Part shown: positions 34,594 to 46,500 of the stretch, piece by piece
Layout: the number at the start of each line of letters is the position of its first letter
How positions within the stretch are numbered: the first letter of the stretch is position 1
Origin: Rebecca billardiae RCC1528
Lineage: Eukaryota > Protista > Haptophyta
Assembly: GCA_965240325.2 (NCBI GenBank)
Contig: OZ251229.1
Span: 372,001 to 436,000 of the forward strand
Length of the DNA stretch: 64,000 nucleotides
Direction: 5' to 3'
Program-made: the position numbers and the translations under genes
Notes under the pieces: generated by a model
The model's input: only the letters and a program-made list of their open reading frames with translations
What the model was told of the DNA's origin: nothing
The model's database searches: none

Positions 34594-37500
34594 ATGAACC
34601 TCCTCGTCGCCATCCTGGCCATCTCTTCCGGGTGCGCCACGCGCTGCCTTCGCTCGCTGCGCGCGCGCGCTGCGAAGACGAACGCGCGCGCGCGCGGCCA
34701 CGCCGCGCACCGGCAAGCACAACACGCGTGCGCGCCCAGCGCGCGAGATTGGCGCGGCGTGCTGCTTGCGCGTGCATGTATGACGCGCGCCATCGCACTT
34801 CCTTCGCCTGCCTTGCCCGACGCGAACGTCTCGCCCTTCCGGGCACGCGTGCTAACCTCGCGCGCATGCATGCATGCGCGCGCGCTCGTCGCCGCGCAGA
34901 CTCGGGTGCGGCACGGCGGAGCCGACGAATCCAGCCTCGCCACTCGGCATGTGCGACGGGAAGCCCTCGACCCGGCAGCAGCAACGGTGAGCCTTGCGCG
35001 ACTCTCGCGCGCCGCGCATGCGCGTTGCGCTTGCGTCTCGCTCGCGCGCCGCGCGACGGCCGTCGCGATCGCAGGGCACGCGTGCGGCCAGCGCGGCGCT
35101 TCGTCGCATCGTGCGGCGCGCGGCACGCGCGAGCGCGCGCATCGGCCCATGCCGGTCCCAGTGGCCCTGGCCCGCCTCGCGCGACGCGATCGTCTAACCT
35201 TGCCGGGCGCGTGGGCATGCCCACCACGCGCTCGCGGCCGCGCAGGCGAGCTGAAGTCCCGCCGCACTCGCCATCAGGCATGCTCAGCCCTGGGCCAAGC
35301 CAGCCTTCGCCAAGCCCGTCGCCGTCTCCACCGCCGAGCCCGCCGACTTCGCCTCCGGCAAAGCCCGCCGGCGTCTCCGCCGCCGAGCCCGCCGCCCTCG
35401 CCGCCGCCGAGCCCGCCGCCCTCGCCGCCGCCGCGCTCGCCGCCGAGTCCGGCGCCGCGCCCGCCGCCGTCGCCGCCGCCGAGCCCATCACCGAGTCCGC
35501 CACGCTCGCCTCCACCAAGCTCGCCGCCCTCGCCGCCGCCGGGCAGCCCGCCGCCGTCGCCGCCGCCGAGTTCGCCGCCGAGTCCGGCGCCGCGCCCGCC
35601 GCCGTCGCCGCCGCCGAGTCCATCACCGAGTCCGCCGTCGAGTCCGCCTTCGCCGAGCCCGCCGCCGTCTCCGCCGCCGAGCCCGCCGCCCTCGCCGTCG
35701 CCGAGTCCATCACCGAGTCCGCCGCCGAATCCGCCTTCGGCGAGCCCGCCGCCGAGTCCGGCGCCGCGCCCGCCGCCGTCGCCGCCGGTACGCCCGCCGC
35801 CGTCTCCACCGCCCAGCCCGCCGCCCTCGCCGCCGCCGCGCTCGCCGCCGAGTCCGGCGCCGCGCCCGCCGCCGTCGCCGCCGCCGAGTTCGCCGCCGAG
35901 TCCGCCTTTGCCGAGCCCGCCGCCCTCGCCGCCGCCAAGCCCGCCGCCGAGTCCGGCGCCGCGCCCGCCGCCGTCGCCGCCGCCGAGTCCATCACCGAGT
36001 CCGCCGCCGAATCCGCCTTCGCCGAGTCCGCCTTCGCCGAGTCCGGCGCCGCGCCCGCCGCCGTCGCCGCCGCCGAGCCCATCACCGAGTCCGCCACCCT
36101 CGCCTCCACCAAGCTCGCCGCCCTCGCCGCCGCCAAGCCCGCCGCCCTCGCCGCCGCCGAGCCCATCACCGAGTCCGCCACCCTCGCCTCCACCAAGCTC
36201 GCCGCCCTCGCCGCCGCCAAGCCCGCCGCCCTCGCCGCCGCCGAGTTCGCCGCCGAGGCCGCCTTCGCCGAGCCCGTCGCCCTCGCCGCCGCCGAGTTCG
36301 CCGCCGAGTCCGCCTTCGCCGAGCCCGTCGCCCTCGCCGCCGCCGCGCTCGCTGCCGATTCCGCCGCCGAGTCCGCCTTCGCCGAGCCCGCCGCCGTCTC
36401 CGCCGCCGAGCCCGCCACCCTCGCCGCCGCCAAGCCCGCCGCCCTCGCCGCCGCCAAGCCCGCCGCCCTCGCCGCCGCCAAGCCCGCCGCCGTCGCCGCC
36501 GCCAAGCCCGCAGCCCTCGCCGCCGCCGCGCTCGCCGCCGTCGCCGCCGCCGAGCCCGCCGCCGCCGCCTCCACCAAGCTCGCCGCCCTCGCCGCCGCCA
36601 AGCCCGCCGCCCTCTCCGCCGCCGAGTTCGCCGCCGAGTCCGCCTTCGCCGAGCCCGCCGCCCTCGCCGCCGCCAAGCCCGCCGCCGAGTCCGGCGCCGC
36701 GCCCGCCGCCGTCGCCGCCGCCGAGTCCATCACCGAGTCCGCCGCCGAATCCGCCTTCGCCGAGCCCGCCGCCGAGTCCGGCGCCGCGCCCGCCGCCGTC
36801 GCCGCCGCCGAGCCCATCACCGAGTCCGCCACCCTCGCCTCCACCAAGCTCGCCGCCCTCGCCGCCGCCAAGCCCGCCGCCCTCGCCGCCGCCGAGTTCG
36901 CCGCCGAGTCCGCCTTTGCCGAGCGCGCCGGCCTCGCCGCCGCCAAGCTCGCCGCCCTCGCCGCCGCCGAGCCCGCCGCCCTCGCCGCCGCCGAGTCCAT
37001 CACCGAGCCCGCCGCCGAATCCGCCTTCGGCGAGTCCGCCTTCGCCGAGTCCGGCGCCGCGCCCGCCGCCGTCGCCGCCGCCGAGCCCATCACCGAGTCC
37101 GCCACCCTCGCCTCCACCAAGCTCGCCGCCCTCGCCGCCGCCAAGCCCGCCGCCGTCGCCGCCGCCGAGTTCGCCGCCGAGTCCGCCTTTGCCGAGCCCG
37201 CCCGCCTCGCCGCCGCCAAGCCCGCCGCCGAGTCCGGCGCCGCGCCCGCCGCCGTCGCCGTCGCCGAGTCCATCACCGAGTCCGCCGCCGTGCCCGCCTT
37301 CGCCGAGTCCGCCTTCGCCGAGTCCGGCGCCGCGCCCGCCGCCGTCGCCGCCGCCGAGTCCATCACCGAGTCCGCCGCCGAATCCGCCTTCGGCGAGCCC
37401 GCCGCCGAGTCCGGCGCCGCGCCCGCCGCCGTCGCCGCCGCCGAGCCCATCACCGAGTCCGCCACCCTCGCCTCCACCAAGCTCGCCGCCCTCGCCGCCG

Positions 37501-40500
37501 CCAAGCCCGCCGCCGTCGCCGCCGCCGAGTTCGCCGCCGAGTCCGCCTTTGCCGAGCGCGCCGGCCTCGCCGCCGCCAAGCCCGCCGCCGAGTCCGGCGC
37601 CGCGCCCGCCGCCGTCGCCGCCGCCGAGTCCATCACCGAGTCCGCCGCCGTGCCCGCCTTCGCCGAGTCCGCCTTCGCCGAGTCCGGCGCCGCGCCCGCC
37701 GCCGTCGCCGCCGCCGAGTCCATCACCGAGTCCGCCGCCGAATCCGCCTTCGCCGAGTCCGCCTTCGCCGAGTCCGGCGCCGCGCCCGCCGCCGTCGCCG
37801 CCGCCGAGCCCATCACCGAGTCCGCCACCCTCGCCTCCACCAAGCTCGCCGCCCTCGCCGCCGCCAAGCCCGCCGCCGTCGCCGCCGCCGAGTTCGCCGC
37901 CGAGTCCGCCTTTGCCGAGCGCGCCGGCCTCGCCGCCGCCAAGCCCGCCGCCGAGTCCGGCGCCGCGCCCGCCGCCGTCGCCGCCGCCGAGTCCATCACC
38001 GAGTCCGCCGCCGAATCCGCCTTCGGCGAGCCCGCCGCCGAGTCCGGCGCCGCGCCCGCCGCCGTCGCCGCCGCCGAGCCCATCACCGAGTCCGCCACCC
38101 TCGCCTCCACCAAGCTCGCCGCCCTCGCCGCCGCCAAGCCCGCCGCCCTCGCCGCCGCCGCGCTCGCTGCGCTCGCCGCCGCCAAGCCCGCCGCCGTCTC
38201 CACCGCCGAGCACGCCGCCCTCGCGGCCGCCGCGCTCGCCGCCGAGTCCGGCGCCGCGCCCGCCGCCGTCGCCGCCGCCGAGTCCATCACCGAGCCCGCC
38301 ACCCTCGCCTCCACCAAGCTCGCCGCCCTCGCCGCCGCCAAGCTCGCCGCCCTCGCCGCCGCCGAGCCCGCCGCCCTCGCCGCCGCCGAGTCCATCACCC
38401 AGCCCGCCGCCGAGTCCGCGTTCGCCGCGCCCGCCGCCCTCGCCGCCGCCAAGCCCGCCGCCCTCGCCGCCGCCGAGCCCGCCGGCCTCGCCGCCGCTGC
38501 GCCCGTCGCCCTCGCCGCCGCCGCGCTCGCTGCCGAGTCCGGCGCCGAGCCCATCGCCGAGTCCGCCACCCTCGCCTCCACCAAGCTCGCCGCCCTCGCC
38601 GCCGCCAAGCCCGCCGCCGAGTCCGGCGCCGCGCCCGCCGCCGTCGCCGCCGCCGAGTCCATCACCGAGTCCGTCGCCGAGTCCGCCTTCGCCGAGCCCG
38701 CCGCCCTCGCCGCCGCCGAGCCCGTCGCCCTCGCCGCCGCCGCGCTCGCTGCCGAGTCCGGCGCCGAGCCCATCACCGAGCCCGCCGCCGAGTACGCGTT
38801 CGCCGCGCCCGCCGCCCTCGCCGCCGCCAAGCCCGCCGCCCTCGCCGCCGCCGAGCCCGCCGGCCTCGCCGCCGCCGCGCTCGCCGCCGAGTCCGGCGCC
38901 ACGCCCGCCGCCGTCGCCGCCGCCGAGCCCATCACCGAGTCCGCCACCCTCGCCTCCACCAAGCTCGCCGCCCTCGCCGCCGCCAAGCTCGCCGCCCTCG
39001 CCGCCGCCGAGCCCGCCGCCCTCGCCGCCGCCGAGTCCATCACCGAGCCCGCCGCCGAATCCGCCTTCGGCGAGTCCGCCTTCGCCGAGTCCGGCGCCGC
39101 GCCCGCCGCCGTCGCCGCCGCCGAGCCCATCACCGAGTCCGCCACCCTCGCCTCCACCAAGCTCGCCGCCCTCGCCGCCGCCAAGCCCGCCGCCCTCTCC
39201 GCCGCCGAGTTCGCCGCCGAGGCCGCCTTTGCCGAGCCCGCCGGCCTCGCCGCCGCCAAGCCCGCCGCCGAGTCCGGCGCCGCGCCCGCCGCCGTCGCCG
39301 TCGCCGAGTCCATCACCGAGTCCGCCGCCGAATCCGCCTTCGCCGAGTCCGCCTTCGCCGAGTCCGGCGCCGCGCCCGCCGCCGTCGCCGCCGCCGAGCC
39401 CATCACCAAGTCCGCCACCCTCGCCTCCACCAAGCTCGCCGCCCTCGCCGCCGCCAAGCCCGCCGCCCTCTCCGCCGCCGAGTTCGCCGCCGAGTCCGCC
39501 TTTGCCGAGCCCGCCGGCCTCGCCGCCGCCAAGCCCGCCGCCGAGTCCGGCGCCGCGCCCGCCGCCGTCGCCGCCGCCGAGCCCATCACCGAGTCCGCCA
39601 CCCTCGCCTCCACCAAGCTCGCCGCCCTCGCCGCCGCCAAGCCCGCCGCCCTCGCCGCCGCCGAGTTCGCCGCCGAGTCCGCCTTCGCCGAGCCCGTCGC
39701 CCTCGCCGCCGCCGCGCTCGCCGCCGAGTCCGGCGCCGCGCCCGCCGCCGAGTCCGGCGCCGCGCTCGCTGCCGATTCCGCCGCCGAGTCTGCCTTCGCC
39801 GAGCCCGCCGCCGTCTCCGCCGCCGAGCCCGCCACCCTCGCCGCCGCCAAGCCCGCCGCCCTCGCCGCCGCCAAGCCCGCCGCCCTCGCCGCCGCCAAGC
39901 CCGCCGCCGTCGCCGCCGCCAAGCCCGCCGCCGTCGCCGCCGCCAAGCCCGCCGCCGTCTCCGCCGCCGCGCTCGCCGCCGAGTCCGCCACCGCGCTCGC
40001 TGCCGAGTCCGCCACCGAGTCCGCCGCCGAGTCCGCCTTCGCCGAGCCCGCCGCCCTCGCCGCCGCCAAGCCCGCCGCCCTCGCCGCCGCTGAGCCCGCC
40101 GCCGTCTCCGGCGACGCGCTCGCCGCCGAGTCTGGCGCCGCGCTCGCTGCCGAGTCCGCCGCCGAGTCCGCCGCCGAGTCCGCCTTCGCCGAGCCCGCCG
40201 CCCTCGCCGCCGCCGAGCCCGCCGCCCTCGCCGCCGCTGAGCCCGCCGCCCTCGCCGCCGCCAAGCCCGCCGCCGTCGCCGCCGCCAAGCCCGCCGCCCT
40301 CGCCGCCGCCGAGCCCGCCGGCCTCGCCGCCGCCGCGCTCGCCGCCGAGTCCGGCGCCGCGCCCGCCGCCGTCGCCGCCGCCGCGCTCGCCGCCGAGTCC
40401 GCCTTTGCCGAGCGCGCCGCCCTCGCCGCCGCCAAGCCCGCCGCCGAGTCCGGCGCCGCGCCCGCCGCCGTCGCCGCCGCCGAGCCCATCACCGAGTCCG

Positions 40501-43500
40501 TCGCCGAGTCCGCCGCCGCCGAGCCCGCCGCCGTCGCCGCCGCCGAGCCCGCCGCCCTCGCCGCCGCCGCGCCCGCCGCCGAGTCCGCCGCCGCGCCCAC
40601 CGCCGTCGCCGCCGCCGAGTCCTTCACCGAGCCCGCCGCCCTCGCCGCCGCCGAGCCCGCCGCCCTCGCCGCCGCCGAGCCCGCCGCCGTTTCCACCGCC
40701 GAGCCCTCCGCCCTCGCCGCCGCCGCGCCCGCCGCCGAGTCCGGCGCCGCGCCCGCCGCCAAGCCCGCCGCCGTCGTCGCCGCTCACTTCACCGTCGAGC
40801 CACCAACCCTCGCCGCCGCAGAGCCCACCGCCGACCCCGCCACCGTTACCACCACCGCCGCAGGTGCCACCTGCACCGCGGCCAAGTCCACCGCCGACCT
40901 CGCATCCGAGCCCGCCACCTGCACCGCGGCCGAGTCCACCGCCGACCTCGCATCCGAGCCCGCCACCTGCACCGCGGCCAAGTCCACCGCCGACCTCGCA
41001 TCCGTGCCCGCCACCTGCACCGCGGCCAAGTCCACCCGCCGCTCCGCCGCCGAGCTCGTCGCCAAGCCCGCCACCGAGCCTGCGTCCGCCAAGCCGGCCG
41101 CCGCCGCCGCCGCCATCGCCGCCGCCGAGCTCGCCTCCGCCAAGCCCACCGCCGTCGTCGCCGCCACGTCCACCGCCGAGCGCGCCGCCGAGCTCACCTC
41201 CGTCGCGAACGCCAGCTTGGCCGCCGAGCCCGCCGCCGTCGCCGCGGCCAAGTCCACCGCCGTCGCCGCCACCTTCGCCGCGGTCATGTCGCCTGCCGCC
41301 GGCGCCGCGCGGAGCGCCTGTCTGGGCGCGAGCCCGCACGCGTGTGCGCCTCGCCTGTACAGCGAGCGTCCGGCGGCGCCCTTGCGCCGCAAGCGTCAGA
41401 GCCGCAAGGAGGCACGTCGCCGGCTCGGGCGGGAGGCGAGTGGACGCGAGCGAGCCGCTAAGCGCGCGGGGCGTCTCCTGCCGTGCGCGCTGGGCGTACT
41501 GGCGCTCGCGGTGCTCGCGCTCGGCTGCGCCTGGCGGTACGCCCCGTGTGCGCTGCTGGCGCTGGTCGCGGCGATCGCGGTCGGCTGCGCGGCGATCGCG
41601 GCCGTCGCCGATTGCGCGTGGGCGCACGGCGCGCGCGTGCCCGAGCCGCGCGGCGAGCCTCCGGCCGAGCCCCTGCGCCGCGAGCGCCGGGTCCGCAGGG
41701 CGCGGGCCACGCGCGGTGCGCCACGCCCGCGCAGCGAGCGCCGCACGCGGACGAGCGCCAAGAGGAGGTCACGTCGCAGTCGGCAGCTCGAGCGTGCCCG
41801 CGCCCGGCTCGCGCGCGCGGCGAATCCGTTCGCGCTGGCCGTGTTCTCCGAGAGCGCGGCGCGTGTGTTCGAGGAGCAGGCCGACGGGGCCAAGCGCACG
41901 GCGGAGCGGGCCGAGCGCGCGGCGAACCCGCTCGCGCGCGCCGTGTATGCCGACAGCGCGGCGCGTCTGTTCGAGGAGCAGGCCGAGGGGGCCAAGCGCT
42001 TGGCGATGCGGGCCGAGCGCGCGGCGAATTGGCACGTGCGAGCCGTGTATGCCGAGAGTGCGGCGCGTCCGTCCGGGGAGCACGCCGAGGGGGCCAAGTG
42101 CGGTGGCTGTCTGCCCGGGCGCGCTGCCGAGCGCGAGGCGAGCTTCGTGGCGCGCGTGCTGCACGTGCTGCGCGCGCTGTGCGGGCTGGCACTCGCGCCG
42201 CTGGCGCTCAGCTGCGCCTGCTCGTGCGCCGCGAGCGCGCGCGGTGCGCTCGCGGCGCTGGCCGAGGTGGTCGCGGCCGGCGGCGCGGTGATCGCGGCCG
42301 GCGGCGCGGTGTTCGCGGCCGGCGGCGCGGTGTTCGCGGCCGGCGGCGCGGTGATCGCGGCCGGCGGCGCGGTGTTCGTGGCCGGCTCCATGGTGTTCGC
42401 GGCCGGCCACGAGTGGGAGGCGGGCGCGATCGAGGGTCAGCTCAGCGAGCCTCCGGACGCGCCCCCGCGCCGCAAGCGCCGGCGCCGCCAGGCGCGGGCC
42501 GCACGCGGGGCGGCACGTCTGCGCAGCGGGCGCCGCACGCGGACGAGCGCCAAGAGGAGGTCACGTCGCAGTCGGCAGCTCGAGTTTGCCCGCGCCCGGC
42601 TCGCGCGCGCGGCGAATCCGTTCGCGCTGGCCGTGTTCTCCGAGAGCGCGGCGCGTGTGTTCGGGGAGCACGCCGAGGGGGCCAAGTGCGGTGGCTGTCT
42701 GCCCGGGCGCGCTGCCGAGCGCGAGGCGAGCTTCGTGGCTCGCGTGCTGCACGTGCTGCGCGCGCTGTGCGGGCTGGCACTCGCGCCGCTGGCGCTCAGC
42801 TGCGCCTGCTCGTGCGCCGCGAGCGCGCGCGGTGCGCTCGCGGCGCTGGCCGAGGTGGTCGCGGCCGGCGGCGCGGTGATCGCGGCCGGCGGCGCGGTGT
42901 TCGCGGCCGGCGGCGCGGTGTTCGCGGCCGGCGGCGCGGTGATCGCGGCCGGCGGCGCGGTGTTCGTGGCCGGCTCCGTGGTGTTCGCGGCCGGCCACGA
43001 GTGGGAGGCGGGCGCGATCGAGGGCACGGAGTCGTGTCGCCGTCGCCAGGCCGAGCGGGCCGAGCGCGCGGCGAGTCGGCTCAAGCTCGCCGAGCGCGCT
43101 GCGAGTCTCGCGCGCGCGGCGCGTCTGCTCGAGCGAGCCGAGCGCGCGGCGAGTCACGCGGCGCACGTGCGGCGCGCGCTGCGCGAGTGGGCACCCGCGC
43201 TGTGCGCGGCGGGCGCGCTCGGCGGCGCCTACCTGCTCGCCCCGTGGGCGTGCCCGACGCTGGTCGCGCTGGTCGCGCGGATCGCGGCCGCCCGCGCGCA
43301 GGCGCGCCCGAGCCTCCGGCGCGGCGGCCGTCGCAGCCGCGCGCGCGCGGCCGAGCCCGCCCTCCGCGCGCAGCGCGTCACGCTGCGCGGCGGCGGCGGC
43401 GCGGACGAGAACTGCCTCGCGCTGGAGCCGGCGGCACCCGTCGGCGCGCCGGCCCGCCGCGCGTGCCTCCGCGCCGCGCTCGCCACCGCCGTGCGCCTCC

Positions 43501-46500
43501 TCGCGCTCCGCGCCGGCTCGCGCGCCGACGCGGACGCGCTGCGCGCGCGGTGGGCGATCGCCGAGCGCGCGCTGAAGGGCAGGACGCACCGGCTCGGCGT
43601 GCTGCAGGCCGTCGCCGACGCGCTCTGCGTCGACATCGTGGTCTTGAGCGCGGGCTACGGCGCGCACGCGTTCCGCTGCCGCACGGGCGACGCGCCGCCC
43701 GGCTCGTGCATCTGGCTGCTGCACGAGGGGGGCGGCGGCGCGGGCGTCGGGCACGTGCGCGCGCTGGTCCACGCTGAGGACCGAGCCGCGCGTCTCGCCC
43801 TCGGGCTGTGCGAGGAGGGCGAGCCGCTCGTCGTCGCGCGCGGCGACGCGCCGGACGGCGCCATTGAGACGCGCCGCGTCGGCGCGCCCAAAAAGCGTCG
43901 CCCCCCGGCGACGCCGCCGTCGGGCGACGTCCCGACGGGACGACCCAAGGACAAACGCCGACGGGCCGCGGCCGTTGACGCGGCGACGCCCGAGGCCGCT
44001 GGCGACGGCGAGGCGGCCGACGTGGGGATGGACGAGGCCGCTGGCGACGGCGAGGCGGCCGACGTGGGGATGGACGAGGCCGCTGGCGACGGCGAGGCGG
44101 CCGACGTGGGGATGGACGAGGCCGCTGGCGACGGCGAGGCGGCCGACGTGGGGATGGACGAGGCCTCGGGCGACGGCGAGGCGGCCGACGGCTCTCTGCC
44201 CGACCCGGACGACGACGAGAACGACGAGGATTTGGCGCGCGCGCTCTTGGAGGACGAGGACCGCGTCGAAGCCGACGACGACGGAGGGGCCATGGGCGAC
44301 GGCAGCGCGCGCGCGGCCGCGGAGGGCGGCCGAGCCACGGCGAACGGGTCGCCGCCGCTCGAGCCGCCGCCGCCCGCGCGGGTGTCGCAGCGCAGGCGGA
44401 CGCGCATCCGCGACGTGGTGCAGAGCACGGTCGACGGCGTGATGGCGTACGCGCGCGGCCTCGCTGGGCAAGGCCATGACCACGCCACGCGGTGCGAGGA
44501 GTTCGAGACGGAGGTCGGTGATCCCGGCCCCGCTCTGGAGACGTGGGTGATGGCGGCGATGGACTCGTACACGTCCCGTCAGGCGCCGACGCGGGACACG
44601 ACGCGCGGCCGCGCGCGCAGCTGGTTCGAGCGCCGGCTGGAGCAGAGCGGCCGCGTGAGCACGGCGTACGAGGGCGCGTTCGACGTCCTGGGCGTGCTCG
44701 AGGTGTCGTCGTACGCCGTGAACGGCGAGTGCGCAGCGTTGGACAAGCGCGGCTTCAAGATGGTCGCCTCGTGGATGGCGAACATCTGCTTCCGTGCCGC
44801 GTGCATCGAGCTGGGCTTGCCTTACACGGCCACCGACCTGCTCGGCAAGGCGCACGCGCCGCGGGCCGTGCAGCCCACGTCGCCCGGCGTGCGCGAGGAG
44901 GCGCGGGCGACGCTCAGGCACGCGCTGCGCTCAGGCGCGCCGATCGTGAAGCTGGCCACGCGCACGTTCGTGTCAGCAGCCGACGCGGCGCACGTGGCGC
45001 ACGATGTCGCGCGCGAGCTCCGCGGGACGTGCACGATGCTGCAAAGCCCGACAAGCATGGCGGGCGGCGTGCACGTGCTCGAGTGGGTGGACGGAGACGG
45101 CGAGCAGATCGTTACGGTCCTGTACCAGGCGCTGCACCCCGAGAACAAGCTCACGCGGCTCGGCGCGCCTCGCGCCGAGGCGGGCGGCGCGCGCCCTCCC
45201 CCCAATCGCGCCGAGCTGATGGACGCGGTGCTGCTCCTCGCCATGCGCGCGGCCGCGGGCGAGGGCGCGTCGTTTGGCGCCTTCCACCCGGCCGTCGCCG
45301 CCCACGCGGAGCGGCAGCGCGTGGCCGGCGGCGGTGCGATGGTGCGCGACGGGCAGCACCCCGTCGTGCGCATGTGCAGGGAGGGCATGCGGCGCGAGCG
45401 CGAGGTCGGAGGCGGCGCGCGCGTCGCCGACGTCGAGCCGCGCGTGCAGGCTGAGCTGCGCGCGGAGTACGAGCGCCTCCGCGAGGAGCTCGGGGCGGCT
45501 GCGCCCAAGGACGTGGACGCGATGGCTGCGAGGGAGGGCGGGCCGTACAGGTGCTGCCTCGTGCTGCTCGGCCGGCGCTCGGCGGCCATCAAGGCCACTG
45601 CGGTGGAGGCGCTCGTCAAAGAGGTGCCGGCGCTCGGCTCCCACACGGCCGTGCTCGCGATGCTCGCCGTGTTCTACTATTCCAAGCCGGTGCAGGCGGT
45701 GCTCGAGCCGCTGCGCCAGGCGGCGAAGGCCAGCGACCACGCGAACGTGAAGGCGCGACTCGGAGAGCTCGCGCGACTCACGCCCGAGGGCGGGCTCGCG
45801 GCGATCGACGAGAAGCACGGCGAGGCCGCGCGCGATGTGCTGTCCAAGAAGGTGCGCGACGCGCTGCGGTGGCCCGCGCTGTGGTGCAGCGCGCCGTGCA
45901 GGGCCATCGTCGCCCGGCTGCTCGGCGCGGGCGACTCGTCGGACGCGACCCACGTGCGCGAGCTGCTCGAGCAGCTCGCGCGCCTCACGCCCGAGGGCGT
46001 GTTCGCCGCGCTCGACGCGAAGCACCGCGAGGCGGCGGGCGCGTGGCTGCCCGAGAAGGTGCGCGACGCGCTGCGGTCGCCCCCGCTGTGGTGCAGCGCG
46101 CCGTGCAGGGCCATCGTCGCCCGGCTGCTCGGCGCGGGCGACTCGTCGGACGCGACCCACGTGCGCGAGCTGCTCGAGCAGCTCGCGCGCCTCACGCCCG
46201 AGGGCATGTTCGCCGCGCTCGACACGAAGCACCGCGAGGCCGCGCGCGATGTGCTGTCCAAGAAGGTGCGCGACGCGCTGCGGTGGCCCCCGCTGTGGTG
46301 CAGCGCGCCGTGCAGGGCCATCGTCGCCCGGCTGCTCGGCGCGGGCGACTCGTCGGACGCGACCCACGTGCGCGAGCTGCTCGAGCAGCTCGCGCGCCTC
46401 ACGCCCGAGGGCATGTTCGCCGCGCTCGACGCGAAGCACCGCGAGGCCGCGCGCGATGTGCTGTCCAAGAAGGTGCGCGACGCGCTGCGGTGGCCCCAGC

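Noticed and set aside
34460-41627. Two >2,000-aa antisense ORFs (Gly-rich and Ala-rich)
   Set aside because: Shadows of the stop-free GC-rich repeat; the same applies to most long Arg/Ala-rich ORFs in the track.
44490-44535. 2A/StopGo peptide (EVGDPGP)
   Set aside because: Does not match D[VI]ExNPGP.
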